Shown: positions 32,744-45,455, numbered from the stretch's first letter. The stretch is DNA of 64,000 bases from Balamuthia mandrillaris (GCA_031835245.2 JAVKOQ020000025.1:62001-126000); one strand, 5' to 3'. Program-made: numbers and translations. The notes: generated by a model not told the origin, from the sequence alone.

Positions 32744-33101
32744 CCTCTCTGTGTTCACTTAACATTTTATTCTCCATACGAAAGGAGTGCTAGCTTACAG
32801 AGACACAGAGGCAACTCGTCGGTTGTTCCAAACATGGGACTACATCACGTCGAACAGCCCAAACCGGATGGACCAGCCGGCGTTCCGTGTGGCATTGTTG
32901 GGGGAGAGGAACGTACGTTTTCACGTCCTGCTTCCAGAGTTCATGTGCCGTTTCACTGCCAACAGATGTGGTACCACCGTGATGATGCAGGGCCTCAACC
33001 CTGTCCAAAAGCTACCTGCAGTTCCTTGTGGGATCATCCATTCCAAACGGATCCAAAAAGATGTCGAACCTTTCCCTTCCGACCTTAACTTGGTTGCGTA
33101 A
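32028..33101 (+). CDS. Putative glycosyltransferase (GT-A fold, DxD motif), type II membrane protein; frame break near 32170
   Basis: N-terminal TM segment; SPYRATVFLDPDT, LDLAAAYAP, PEINTG|VLAYR and DQPAFRVAL. Confidence 0.7.
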
Positions 33102-33496
33102 GCATCTCACAAAGAATAGAAATAATGGAGCAAGGAAGCCTATTGCCTCTCTCTCTCTCTCTCTATCTCTCTTTGTCCATCTCTGTCTCTCTCGCTCTTT
33201 CTCTCTGTTCAACATTCCAAACATGTCCGACACAACCACACCCACGATAAGGAGGCCGATCCTCCGCCTGCCTGAACCGGTTCCGGCAGCAAGTTCAGCC
33301 TCTGGTAGTATCATAACCCCGTCCCAAGCTTTCACCCAACCGAGGATCGGGATGAGGTGATGGTTTGTGGAAGCATGCCTGTTTTGACCATTCCATCTGC
33401 CCTATATTACTTCGTTATAGCTTTCATTTATTCCGATTGGAGCAAAGGCCTATAGCCTTTGCAGAAAGAAGGAGGAGAGCAAGGAAGGGGCGCGCC

Positions 33497-33873
33497 ATGG
33501 GCAACAAAGTGAGCAAAGCGGAGGTCGAGTCGCTTCAAGAGGAAACAAAGCGTGCGTTCCTTTTTTTTTATTTGAAGGAATGTGCTGTGTGTGTGAACCT
33601 TTTGGAAAAAAAAAAACAAAACACCAGTTTCGCCAAAACAGATCAAACAGCTGGAGAAGGCCTTTGCCAAGGTTGCCCGCAATGACAAACGCGTGTCCAA
33701 ACGGGACTTCAAAGTCGTCATCGGGGAGGTCTTCAAAACGCAGGACTCTACCCTCGTTCAAACCATCTTCAACATGTTCGACAGCAACCAAAGCGGGTTG
33801 GTTTGTTTGGTTTTCGATCTCTTCTTCTTCTTCGTCGCGATGATCTCCAAAAACAGAGAGAGAGGGAGAGAGA

Positions 33874-33919
<46 letters not shown>

Positions 33920-34527
33920 CAAACTCCTCTTTTACTCGCTTCTTTGAAAAAAAACAAACAAAACCAGGGACATAGACTTTAGAGAGTTCGTTTTGGCGAT
34001 CGGCTTTCTCAACAACACGCAACTGGAAGACGCCGTTGACTTGTCGTTTCGTTGTCTGGACTTGAATAGAGGTTCTCTTCCTCCTCTTCTCTTTTTTTTT
34101 TCTCTTTCTTCTTTCTTCTTTCTTCTTTCTTCTTGCTTACAAACTCCCTTAAGATGGCACCATCTCAAAGCAAGAGATGAGAGAGTGCATTCGACTGCAG
34201 TGGCAAATCCGAAAACATCTCAACCTCCTCTCCTCGTCCTCGCAGCCCGTTGCCCTGGGACAGGTTTGGTGCTTCTTGCTTCGTTTCTCTGCTGAACAAA
34301 ACAGAACAACTAAAACAAACAACATAAAAAAGGTGTCGTTAGTGTGGTCGGATACGCCTCGCATCAATGCGGAGGCGGATGAGCTCTTTGCCAAGCTGGA
34401 CGCCGATGGGGATGGCTCCATCACCAAAGAGGAGTTCATGGCGGCCGTCCAAAGAGATCCACAGCTCAAGGCAAAGATAGAGAGCTTGTTGCTAAAGTCC
34501 CAAACCGAAAAAATATTTCAGCTGTAA
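33497..34527 (+). CDS. N-myristoylated EF-hand Ca2+ sensor (calcineurin-B/NCS-like), multi-exon
   Basis: MGNKVSK start; FDSNQSG|DIDFREF, DLNR|DGTISKQE and DADGDGSITKEEF EF-hand loops. Confidence 0.88.
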
Positions 34528-34640
34528 AATAAAAGAAAGAAAAAGAAAGAAAAGAAAAGAAAATACAAAGTTTAACAAAAAAATAAAGAACAGAAAAGAA
34601 AAAAGCTTTTAGAAGAAAGGAGGTGAAGCGAAGCGTTCGG

Positions 34641-36320
34641 TTAGCCGAGATGAGAAGAAGCGAATGCGGAAAGATGCGGTCGTTGGTGCTGAAGTTGAAG
34701 TGATGACAAAGAGGAAGGTTGAAAAAGAGAAGAGGGAGAACGATGAGAGGAAGACGAAGAAGCAGCAGAAGAATAGGATGAGGAGGAAGATGGCGTAAAC
34801 AGAGAAGAATGGTGGTGGGAATGTTGAGGATGAGATGACGAGGAAGATGAACCGCCACTTGAAGTTGAAGAAGATTTGGAAGCGAACAGATGTTTGAACA
34901 GATTTTCTACGGATCGCTTTAACTCTTTGTAGCTGTAGTTCGGAAGGAGAGAAAGAAAGAAGAAAACAAAAGAAAGCAATGAAAACAAATATTAAAAAAG
35001 CATAAAATAGCAGAAGAACAGAACAACGAAGGAAAGAAAACCGAAAAGATGCAACAAGGATGGAGGAAATACCTGACAACAAGAATTGTCGTCTCATCCT
35101 GACTAGTAAGCGCTATCCTTTCCTCCATTCCAACATCCAACTTGTTCAAACAATCCACCACATGAGCAAAGTCGACCATCGTTGTCGGTTGTTGTTGTTC
35201 GTTTGTTGTTTGCTGCCGTTGTTGTTGAAAGATATAAGAGTGAAAGAGTTTGAGAAGAAAGTAATCTCCTCCTATTTCGGTCCAAGCGGGCTCCTTCTCG
35301 AACTCTGGTCTGTCGTGGATGAAGTTCAACTTCACCAATAAACGGAACAACCGGCCGTTCTCCAGTTCTTTGGCTAATTCGCCTTCGAGCGCGTCGTTAT
35401 AGCTGTTTGTATTTTTACCAGCAGGAATTAGAAAAAGAAACAGAAAACAGAGAAACAAACTGATAAAAAATAAAAACAGATAAAAAATAAAAACAGATAC
35501 AAAAAAAAAACATAAACCCAGTAAACTATACCAATGAAGGCTTTCCATTTCATCAAAAGCATGTTCAGCAATCATGGCCACAAGCGTGTGAACGTTCGGA
35601 TAGTCTGCGGAAGATGGCTGATGCAACAGACGAAATATCATGTCCTTGAAGTGAGGAGAATAGTGCATGCCAACGTAGTCGAGCGCTTCCGCCACGTTGT
35701 CGATGGCAGAAAGGGAACTGCACGCCAAACAAAGCATCGTCTTTCCAAGTGATATCAAATCTTCTTTCTGTAAGTTTAGTATTTTTGTGTTTTTATTGTT
35801 ATAGTTATTTTGTTAAGAAAGAGGAAAATGAAAACAATAAGAATGAAGAGGTAAAAACCTGAAAGTTTGCAACGTCGTTTTCTCTATTTCCTTGATAGTT
35901 GATAACATCAAAAATGCCACAACAGTTCAAGCGGATTCTTGTGGTTATAAAAAGCAAGTAAAGGATGTGTAAACATCAGGATGGTAAAGCAGAAAAGAAA
36001 AGAAATCAAAGAAAGGAATAAACAAACCTGTTCTTTCCAGTAATGATGATCTTCGAAAGGTCAACAGTGCGAGCATAAAGTCCATTGTCATGAATCAACC
36101 TCAAGGCCGACACTAATTGCGTGAAATAGCTCATCAAAACGGGTTCCGGTATGTACAATCCAGTTGCTCCTCCCAATGGCTCAGCTCGTATATAATGTCG
36201 TCTCTCCAAAGTCTCCGCAGTTGGATGGAAGTCATATACAAATATCAAACCTAAAGAAAAATAACAAGAAAAAGTTCAGAAATAAAACAGAAAGAGCTAT
36301 TACACATCCAGGAGAAGAGA

Positions 36321-36366
<46 letters not shown>

Positions 36367-37403
36367 CAGAGAGAGAAGGAAAACGAGAGAATAAGGAGAG
36401 AATTCGTACAAGCGCTATCAAAGTCTTTGCTGAGGAAAACATCCCTAAGGGTGACGATATTAGGGTGTTGAATGTACATTTTCCATATTTCTACAGCGGA
36501 GAGCGCAAACTTGTTCGTCAAACGAAAACCCTCCAACCTACACAAGGCGTAAGGCAGACCGTCCATTGAACTAATAGCTTTGTAAAAGTGGACCACACTT
36601 CCACTAAACATTGTTCGTTTGGCACGAAGATGCCGCAAAGACGAAGAAGAGGAAGATGAAGAAGAGGATGAGGAAAGTGAATAAGGATCGTCCAAAGGGA
36701 AGAGGGAATGATAAGGTCCTGCTGTTTCTGGAATGGACTTGAAGCGTTCGTCTTCATCGTTAGGGTCAAGCTGAACCATGACCGCCGAGTTCTTTTTGAG
36801 AAAGTCTTGCCGCAAAGACTCTGATATGAAGAAGGACTGAATGTTCCTCTTTCGAAGTTGCTGCTGCTGTTGATGTCTTGACAAGCCGGTCATCGAGTGA
36901 TGTGGCAGCACTGAGGAGTGCGCAGGGTGAGGATGCAGGACTGTTGGTTGGTGACGATGGTGATGAGGCAGGGAAGAGGGAATGTGAGGAGGAAGCTGGT
37001 GAGCGTGAATTGAGTGCACGGAAGGAGGCAGCGATGCTGAATAGTGTGGAAGATGGCGCTCATCAGATCCCTGCAGTTGTTCGATGCAAAAGAGAGAGTG
37101 AGAGAGTGAGCAAGGAGCAGAGAGCAGAGAGCAGAGAGAAAGCAGAGAAGAAGAGAAGAAGAGAATACTGTACGCCATAAAAGTAGGTAGTGCCACGGTG
37201 AGTAACGGCACTGGTGGGTGCAGTGGGGCTTGCACTGCCGGTAGCCATGGAAGAAGGCGTAGCGGCAGCAGAGGAGGCTGCTGTCTTAGGGATGAAGCTT
37301 TTTGGAGTGTATTCCTTGTTTGCAGGTTTTTAAAGCAAGCGTGAGAAGCCAAAGAGATGAAAAAAGGGAGAAAACAAGAGAGCGAGCGAGAGAGAACGCG
37401 GGA

Positions 37404-37456
<53 letters not shown>

Positions 37457-37594
37457 GAGTACTCGGCTGATGGGAAGGAGTTGTGACTTGCTCCGCGTGG
37501 TTGGTTGCGAGCCCTCGCCACCACCCCTTCCACCAAGTCCAAGTTGTGAGGCAGCAGAGCTCAACGAAGAAACAGAATCAGAGCTGCCGCTCAT
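34641..37594 (-). CDS. PAN3: PAN2-PAN3 deadenylase subunit PAN3 (pseudokinase), multi-exon
   Basis: YHSLFPLD, YKAISSMDGLPYALCRL, HPNIVTLRDVF, FVYDFHP, YFTQLVSALRLIH, ELAKELENGRLFRLLVKLNFIHDRPE, LNKLDVG and ILVV|SYKELK. Confidence 0.92.
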
Positions 37595-37730
37595 TCTTCT
37601 TTACGTCAACAGCGGGGTAGAAAAAAAAAATTCGATCAGTGTTTGTGAACTTCGTCAAAAATTAGAACTGCAAAAAAAAAATTCGTGAAAGGAACAGCAA
37701 CCAACCTTCTTCACCTCACCCAAGCAAAAC

Positions 37731-37774
<44 letters not shown>

Positions 37775-38324
37775 AATCAAAGATCCGTTTCTTCTTTCGC
37801 TCCTCTCCACCTTTTTTTTTTCGTTTGTTGTTCCGTTGGTCGACAGAAAGTCATTTTTACGTGATCTTGAATGAATGATTCGATCGTTGCCTCGAACACC
37901 AATCAAAATTCGTACAATGGATCGCTGAGCGAACAGGATTGGCCAGTATACGATCTTCGTTGATCTTCCCTTCGAAGGGAGAGGAGAGAGGAGAGGAGAG
38001 AGAGAGAGCAGAGAGCAAAGAGCAGAGGCAGAGAGCAGAGAGCAGAGCAGAAGGAGAGAGCAGAGGCAGAGGCAGAGGGGCAGAGCAGAGGCAGAGAGCA
38101 GAGAGCAGAGGCAGAGGCAGAGGCAGAGCAGAGCAGAAGAGGCAGGAGGCAGAGAGCAGAGAGCAGAGGCAGAGGCAGAGGCAGAGAGAGGCAGAAGCAG
38201 AGAGCAGGCAGAGAGAGAAAAGAGAGAAAGAGAGAGCTGCAAGTCATAGAAGAGCTTCAGAAGGCCTTGCTGTTCTACATTGGTGGTTTGTTTTTTGTAC
38301 ATAACAACTTGGGTGTTGTTGCCT

Positions 38325-39192
38325 TTATTTTCTGTCGTCTTCGGCGTCGCTGAAGGTGCCAACACCAGCAGCCAATCGTTCAAGTTCTTGCTGTCTCTCC
38401 TCCTCTTTGTCTTCCTCTTCTTCTTCCTCTTCCACCTCCTCTTCCTCATCTTCATCCTCTTCTCCTTCTTCTATGTCTTCCAGTGAGTCAGTAGGACTTG
38501 TTGCCGCTTTTGCCTCTCTTTCTCTTTCTTCTTGTTGTTGCTCCGTTGGTTGAATTGTTGCTTCTCCTCCTTCTTCTTCTGTATCACTCTCATAGCCATC
38601 TCTTTCGACCATCACTCCCTCTGCTTCTTCTCTGTCCTTCTCCTCTTCTTCTTCACTCTCACTTCCAGGCAACATTGGAGTTCTTTTTCTTACGTCTCTT
38701 TCTTCGCCTTCTTTCTCTTTTCCTTTTGCGATTCTCTTTCTCGTTTCCCTTTCCACCACCAGCCGTAAAGGCATTGGCTTCAACGTCTTGGTTGCAGCAG
38801 CTTCTCGCTTTCTTCTCTCCTCTTCCATCTCATCTGCCGTTTGTTTGGCAAAGAAACGGACCAACAACCACGTGAATACCACCACAACCGTCTCCATGAA
38901 GAAGATGAACGGTATGAAGAGCGTCATCGAAGTGAAGAACCAATTGTAGCAGAAATAACTGTTTTTTTTACAACAAAAAAAATTGTAGTTAGAACAACAT
39001 CTTAAAAATGCAAGAAGTGACACGAAACAAGAAAAGGAGAGAGAGAGAGAACCTTAGTCCGTAGAGTTGAGCTTCTATGTAGAGAGTACTTGAATAGACT
39101 TGAACATTTGTCTTTGAAAGGGTTACTCTGGCTATCCCAAATGGCGTTATCTAAAAAGAGCAAAATATACAATAAGCAAAAATTGAGGAGGA

Positions 39193-39226
<34 letters not shown>

Positions 39227-40636
39227 AAACCGGGTTGTCAACCCAGTTCTCGATAATATTAAAAGAGAAATATTGAGCCTCTTCGGTTAGGCCTAAAACC
39301 AGAGGCAAGGACCAGAAAAGGGTGGTCAACTTTCGAAGCAGATCCGTTTTATAATGCAGCATACACTGTAAGCGAAAAAAATAAGAAAGAGCAATAGAGT
39401 GAGTGAGAGTGAGAGAGAAATAGAAAACTTACGGGTCTTGTGCTATTGTGCAGTAGAATACCAGTGGTAGAATAAAGTTCAACCGTTACCATGAACATCC
39501 CTTTATTAAAATTCCACGAGTGAACCACCTAAAAGCCAAGTACAGAAGAGAGAGCGAGAGAGAGAGAGAGAGAGAGAAGGAGAGAGAGAGCGCGAGAGAG
39601 AGAGAGGTTTACCAGCATCGTTATTTACAGGAGATTCAGGTAACGTGAGCTCTATCCGAAAGTTGTAAAAGTGTCCTTGCGAGATGACATAGGGACTGCT
39701 AAGACTGCTCTCTGAAAATCTGTTGTCTTTTCGAAAATGTACAAGAGCAGCAGGTTGGCTTTGACTGCACAGGAAAGAGTGCAGTGTCAGAAAATACGTT
39801 GCCAAGAACATGAGAACGAGAAGAACAAGAGAAAGGAGAACGAGAAAGAAGAACGCTAACTGCCGAACACAACAAAAAGAGAGAAGAAGAAGAGAGAAGA
39901 GAGAAGAGAGAAGCAGAGAAGCAGAAGAACAAAGAAGAAGAAGAAGAAGAAGAAGAAGAAGAAGAAGAAGAAGAAGAAGAAGAAGAAGAACAAGAACAAG
40001 AAGCAGAACAAGAACAAGAACAAGAACAAGAACAAGAACAAGAAGAAGAAGAAGAAGAAGAAGAAGAAGCAGAGAGAAGGAGAAGCAGAGAGAAGAAGAA
40101 GAAGAAGAACAAGAAGAAGAAGAAGAAGAAGAAGAAGAAGAAGAAGAACAAGAACAAGAACAAGAACAAGAAGAACAGTTTCAGGAAGACAGTAACCTAA
40201 AGTCAAAGTAAAGAGGGCGTTGAACAGAAATAGCAGGCACCATCGTGAAATAGAGGAAAAAGTAGACGAGAACGGCCACAAAAGAGGCTGCCACGATGTA
40301 GGACAGCACAAAGAGAATGGTCCTGAACCACGTTCCCTTGCGGGCATTCACGTAGTTCCACAGCCGACTGAGACGCGAGGTCAACGGAGCAAAGAACCGT
40401 TGCAGAACAGCGGCAAAGTAGCGATAGACACGACCCACCACAGCCCTCACCAAACGCCACACCATCACCAACGGCAGCACGAACAGCCATAAACCTGATT
40501 TGATCTTTGTTTGTTTTTTTTTTAAATTCAAATTCGTTTGAAGACAAAAAAAAAAAAGATCATGAGTGCATTTTGAATGTGAAGAGGACAAACAAGATTT
40601 TTTTTTAAAAAAAAACAAGAGCGTACAAGATGCCAT
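38325..40636 (-). CDS. Seipin (lipid-droplet assembly protein), multi-exon
   Basis: TM segment then QRPLYFDF; GHFYNFRIELTLPESPVNNDAG|MFMV; RP|MLHYKTDLLRKL...LPLVLGLTEEAQ; second TM segment and an acidic tail. Confidence 0.85.
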
Positions 40637-40932
40637 AATAAAGAGAACAACCCCCTGTGTTCCACGGGAGGAGAGACAAGCTCTGTGCTCAGCGCCCTGT
40701 CCGCCATCCTTTGTGTGTGGGGGGGAGAAGGAGCCTCCCTCGCTGCTACTCTTTTCTTTCCCCTTTACTTTTTTGTTGGTTTTGGAATCCTCTCCGTGGA
40801 ATTTCTAGATAATTCACGCCTTCCATTGGTTCATCTCAAGATCGATTACGTCACATACTCTTTAAAAGGTAAATTTAGTGATTTGTTTTCATCTACAAAT
40901 TTTATTTTAGCCACAAAGAGAAGAGAAGAGCT

Positions 40933-43395
40933 CTAACAAGAAACCACTTGCAGCTGGTGGAAGCCGCAGACGAGCCCGGTCTTGGGATCCTTCACCAAGC
41001 AGCCATCCTCCAAAGGAACCAGCCCTTCGCGCCATCCGGGCATCCTCCTCAGGTCCTCCACCACTCTCTCGCTGCCAAAGTACGGGTGGGCCACGATCGG
41101 ATCGTCCTGGAAGCAGTGGCCCAGGCCGACGCACTCCACGCCGTTGATGACCATCACGTGGTCCTTGGAGAGGAGGAAGCTGTAGACGGCCTCGCAGGGC
41201 ACGGAGGGGGTCACCGGAGCGAGCTCGCAAGGGAACCTCCACTTCCCATCCACACGGATGGGGTGGAAGGGCGTGACCAACAGATCGGAGCTCGGGAGCC
41301 TCACCAGGTCCGTCCGTCCGCCCTCACAAGTGGTCTTGAGGATGCACACCACTTCGGCGACAGATGAGGAAGAAGAAGAAGGAGAGAAGAAAGATGCAGA
41401 GGCCACCTTGTCTCCCTTTTGAAGGAGACGAACGGCCCGTTGGGTGCCGTTGGCCATGCGCACGAGGCAGTCCCCATGGAAGCAAGGGTTGCTTCGGTTG
41501 TGGTAGGTGCTCATCGAGCTAAGCACAGCTGGTCCAAGAGAACGGCCACTGCTTCCCCCAGAGCCATGCTTTCCAGTTCTAGCAGCAGCGCGAGAGGGTT
41601 TGGGAGGAGGCAGCTTGCAAAAGAGGTCATCGATCTGGTCACGCAGCGCTCCGAAGAGGCCACCGCCGTAGAACTGCACGCCAGGATCCTTGAAGTTGTT
41701 GCAGGTCTGCAGCTGGTGAGCCCTTATCAAGCTGTAGAGGTAGTGCACGCCCCAACGGTCATACCAGTCCTTGCGAGAGAAGGCCTCGGTGACCTGTCCG
41801 GAGACGTCCTCCAAAAGGGCTTTCAAACGAGGCTCGGAGCGCTGGAAGTTGTCCAGCTCGAGGCTATCGGCGAGGCCTTTGACCCGAGCGCGCGCAGAGT
41901 CCTCCGCTCCTGCCTTCATGTCGAGCATGGCCTGGCTCAACGCCTCCACCAAGCGAAGACGTGCCCTTTGCACGATGAGCTCCACCTCAGGAGCAACGGA
42001 GGAGGGTGTTGCCTCTGCTCGAACCTCCACAGCGTCGCCATCTTCCGCGCCATCTGCAACGGGAACGTACTTCAATGTCGCCGAGAGGAATGCCTCCTCT
42101 CCACCGGCAGGAACATCCTTCATGCGAAGCACCAAGTCCTTGCTCTGCCCGTACTGCAACGAACAAAGGTTGACAGTGACGCCCCAGGAGGCAGCCCTGC
42201 AGAGATGGCTTCCCATGATGCCTTGCTCGCCATCCACGAAGCCTACCTGCCCACCCAAGGGCTCCAACGCCAGACGAGCGCCAGTGGCCATGGTGGCTAG
42301 TAGGTTGCTCACCGCATGCACAAAGACTGTGCCCACGAAGCTGCTGTCAGGGATGAAGCTGTAGGAGCCATCGCCCTCGATGGCCAGGTCCCTCAGCAGC
42401 TGGCTGTTAATGCCGTAGCCAAAGCCAAAGGTGTGGAGGGAGCAGCTGTTGCGGAGCAAGTCCGCTCCGTGTTGGTCCATGTATCGCTTCATCATGGCCA
42501 GCTCTCCCCTCGGGGGGCTGATGTTGGGCAGACCATCTGTCAACAGCAACACCGCCTGCAAACGGCGATGGCTGCTTGCTTCTTGCTGTGGTGGGGTTGC
42601 GTGCTTGCGCAGCATGTCCATGCCCATTTGGAGGCCGTCCCAAAGGTTGGTCGTGTCCTCGGGGGTCAAGGCTTCAAGCTTATTGATAACCTGCTGCTTG
42701 GCACCCTCCGTCATGGCCGTCAGGCCAGAGATCGTCCTGGCCTCAGTGCTGTAGACCACCAGCCCCAAGCGGTCGTTCGGTTGGAGAGCGCTGACGATGG
42801 TCTTGACGGCGTGCTTCACCACGTCCAATAGGGAGAGGCCGTGACGCTCCACCCCGCCGTCGGCCTTCTTCATGGTGGCCTCGGTGCCCATCGAGCCAGA
42901 GACGTCGACCACGCAGCAAATGTCGATAGGAGCGCGTGAAGTAGAGGAGGAGGAGGAAGAGGAAGTAGAAGAGTCTTGAGGTTGAATGGAGACGAGTACT
43001 TCAGTAATATCTTGTTGTGAAGGGTCTTTGCGAGAGGAAATGGTCATAGTTACAGGTCCTGTTGCTGTAGTAGTAGTGGTAGAAGAAGAAGCAGCAGCAG
43101 CAGAAGAAGAAGAAGCAGAAGAAGCAGAAGAAGTTTTGCTTTCTGGAAGAGGCTCAAGCCTGACGTTTAATTCAACACAACGCTGTTGGATGGCGTCACG
43201 TAGGGCGCGGTTGGGCACGAGGTCCTTCGAGGAGAGAGGAGCCCGCGTGATGGGCGAGGTGGAGTTCTTACGCAGCCAGGCCTCTATGGCCGTGCGTTCG
43301 TAGCTGTTGCCCTCCGGGTCCACCACCGGGTCTCTCATGACCTCCTGCGTCAAGGGACAAATGTAACTCTCTGGGAATGAGGTGTCGTTTTCCAT
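40933..43395 (-). CDS. U-box - vWA - Vwaint - Hint (Vint-type) protein, intronless
   Basis: CPLTQEVMRDPV...LVPNRALRDAI (U-box); DVSGSM, TNLWDGL and LLLTDG (vWA MIDAS); WGVHYL...NNFKDPGVQFYGG (Vwaint); P|CFHGDCLVRMANG, LLVTPFHPI and VYSF...VINGVECVGLGH (Hint). Confidence 0.93.
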   Translation of the reverse strand: MENDTSFPESYICPLTQEVMRDPVVDPEGNSYERTAIEAWLRKNSTSPITRAPLSSKDLVPNRALRDAIQQRCVELNVRLEPLPESKTSSASSASSSSAAAASSSTTTTTATGPVTMTISSRKDPSQQDITEVLVSIQPQDSSTSSSSSSSTSRAPIDICCVVDVSGSMGTEATMKKADGGVERHGLSLLDVVKHAVKTIVSALQPNDRLGLVVYSTEARTISGLTAMTEGAKQQVINKLEALTPEDTTNLWDGLQMGMDMLRKHATPPQQEASSHRRLQAVLLLTDGLPNISPPRGELAMMKRYMDQHGADLLRNSCSLHTFGFGYGINSQLLRDLAIEGDGSYSFIPDSSFVGTVFVHAVSNLLATMATGARLALEPLGGQVGFVDGEQGIMGSHLCRAASWGVTVNLCSLQYGQSKDLVLRMKDVPAGGEEAFLSATLKYVPVADGAEDGDAVEVRAEATPSSVAPEVELIVQRARLRLVEALSQAMLDMKAGAEDSARARVKGLADSLELDNFQRSEPRLKALLEDVSGQVTEAFSRKDWYDRWGVHYLYSLIRAHQLQTCNNFKDPGVQFYGGGLFGALRDQIDDLFCKLPPPKPSRAAARTGKHGSGGSSGRSLGPAVLSSMSTYHNRSNPCFHGDCLVRMANGTQRAVRLLQKGDKVASASFFSPSSSSSSVAEVVCILKTTCEGGRTDLVRLPSSDLLVTPFHPIRVDGKWRFPCELAPVTPSVPCEAVYSFLLSKDHVMVINGVECVGLGHCFQDDPIVAHPYFGSERVVEDLRRMPGWREGLVPLEDGCLVKDPKTGLVCGFHQLQVVSC

Positions 43396-43958
43396 TGTGG
43401 GGTTTGTTTGTTTGTTTAGTTAGACAGTGCACTTGTCAGAAGAAGTAGAACTTGCAAGAAGAACTTAAAGAAGAAGAGAGGAAAGAAGAAGGGAAGAGGA
43501 AAGGCTCCTTCCGTTTGATGTTCGCTGAAGCGATAAGAGGGGTTTCATGGAAGAAGGGATTTGAGCAGAGAAATAACAGAAATAGAGCACAAATGGAGCA
43601 AAAATAGAGTTGAATTGGACCACATGAAATAAATTGAGCACAAATTCTGGTCCAAAGGTGCAGAAGAAGGTCTCCTCTGCAAAAAGAAGAAGAGAAACGA
43701 TGAAGAAGAGAGAGGAAGGAGAGAGAGCGAGAGCTGGACGCTTTGGCGAAGGGAGGGAGTGCCTGGCTCTTTTTACAAGGCGGACTTGACCATGCCGCTC
43801 TTTTTGCCTGCATACAAAAGAGAGAGAGAAAAAAAAGGAATAAGAATGTATGAGCTTCAAAAAAAAAGAAAAAGAAAGAATATGAAAAGAAACGAAAACG
43901 AAAAGAGAAGAAAGAAGAAGCTCTTTTCTTCGCTTTAAAGATTGTTGTTTTTTTAAGT

Positions 43959-45455
43959 TTAAACGTTATAAGCAGAGGAGCTGGTGCTGCCACCTTTGCC
44001 AGTCCAGTTGGTATGGAAGAACTGCCCTCTGGGCTTGTCCACCCTCTCGTAGGTGTGCGCCCCAAAGTAGTCGCGCTGCGCCTGCAAGAGGTTGGCCGGC
44101 AGCCTCTCCGAGCGATAGCCATCGTAGTAGGTCAGGGCAGTGGTGAGCGCAGGGGCGGGAATGCCCTGCAGCAGGGCCATCGAGGCCACCTGCCTCCACC
44201 CGCTCTGGGCCTTTTGCAGCTTGTCGGCAAAGAAGGGGTCCAGCATGAGGTTGGCTAGCTCGGGGTTCTTATCAAAGGCCTCCTTGATGTTGGCCAGGAA
44301 CTTGGAGCGGATGATGCAGCCGCCGCGCCACATGAGGGCGATGGCGCCGTAGTTGAGGTGCCAGCCGTAATCTGCCGCGGCAGCTCGCAGGAGAGTGAAG
44401 CCCTGTGCGTAGGAGATGATCTTGGCGGCGTAGACGGCGTCGCGGATGTGATTGATAAACTCGTTCTTGTCGGAGATGGAGGCAGAGGAGGAAGAGGAAG
44501 AAGGAGGAGGGAGGATGCGGCTGGCGGCCACGCGCTCCTCCTTCAGCGCGCTGAGGCAGCGAGCAAAGACGGCCTCGCCGATGAGAGTGACGGGCACACC
44601 AAAGTCCAAGGCCACCTGGGCCGTCCACTTGCCAGTGCCTTTCTGTCCCGCCGTGTCCAAGATCTTGTCCACCACGTAGCCTTCCTCTCCATCCTCTTCC
44701 TTGTCAAACTTCTTTCTCATAATGTCTCGCGTGATCTCCACCAGGTAGCTGTCCAGTTCTCCCTTGTTCCACTCGTCAAAGATCTGGCCCACCTCCTCGT
44801 TGCTCAGCCCCAACACGTTCTTGAGCAGGTCGTAGGCCTCGCAGAGGAGCTGCATGTCACCGTACTCGATGCCGTTGTGGACCATCTTCACAAAGTGGCC
44901 GGCGCCTTCCTCTCCCACCCACTCGCAGCAAGGGCTGCCGTCCTCCACCTTGGCGGCAATGCTCTGGAGAATGGGGCGGACGGCGGGCCAGGCGGCGGGG
45001 GAGCCGCCTGGCATGATGGAGGGTCCGTGCAACGCGCCCTCCTCCCCTCCCGACACGCCAGTGCCGATGAAGAGCAGACCCTTCTCCTCAAGGCTCCTGG
45101 TGCGGCGGTTGCTGTCGGGGAAGTGGGAGTTGCCGCCGTCGATGATGATGTCGCCCTGCTCCAGGTGGGGCACCAGCTGGTCGATGAACTTGTCGACCAC
45201 GTCGCCGGCCTTGACCATGAGCATGACCTTGCGGGGGCGGGAGAGGGTTTGGACCAGCTCCTCTATGGAGTGACAGCCGAGGATGTTCTTGCCCTTGGCG
45301 CGGCCGTTCACAAAGTCGTCCACCTTGGAGACGGTGCGGTTGTAGCAGGCCACGGTGAAGCCATGGCTCTCCATGTTGAGGATGAGGTTCTCGCCCATCA
45401 CCGCAAGACCGATGAGGCCTATGTCTGCTTTCCCTTGGTTGGTGGTGTCGCTCAT
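43959..45455 (-). CDS. PGD: 6-phosphogluconate dehydrogenase, decarboxylating; intronless
   Basis: IGLIGLAVMGENL, IIDGGNSH, GVSGGEEGA, GAGHFVKMVHNGIEYGDMQL, QKGTGKWT, WRGGCIIRS and QAQRDYFGAHTYER. Confidence 0.98.
   Translation of the reverse strand: MSDTTNQGKADIGLIGLAVMGENLILNMESHGFTVACYNRTVSKVDDFVNGRAKGKNILGCHSIEELVQTLSRPRKVMLMVKAGDVVDKFIDQLVPHLEQGDIIIDGGNSHFPDSNRRTRSLEEKGLLFIGTGVSGGEEGALHGPSIMPGGSPAAWPAVRPILQSIAAKVEDGSPCCEWVGEEGAGHFVKMVHNGIEYGDMQLLCEAYDLLKNVLGLSNEEVGQIFDEWNKGELDSYLVEITRDIMRKKFDKEEDGEEGYVVDKILDTAGQKGTGKWTAQVALDFGVPVTLIGEAVFARCLSALKEERVAASRILPPPSSSSSSASISDKNEFINHIRDAVYAAKIISYAQGFTLLRAAAADYGWHLNYGAIALMWRGGCIIRSKFLANIKEAFDKNPELANLMLDPFFADKLQKAQSGWRQVASMALLQGIPAPALTTALTYYDGYRSERLPANLLQAQRDYFGAHTYERVDKPRGQFFHTNWTGKGGSTSSSAYNV

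Noticed and set aside
37655..38455. 266-aa minus-strand ORF between PAN3 and seipin
   Set aside because: Composed mainly of (CTCTG)n repeats and an alternative frame of the seipin tail.
40933..41484. Classical protein-splicing intein
   Set aside because: No C-terminal His-Asn plus Cys/Ser/Thr junction and no interrupted host protein. It fits a Vint-type Hint domain instead.
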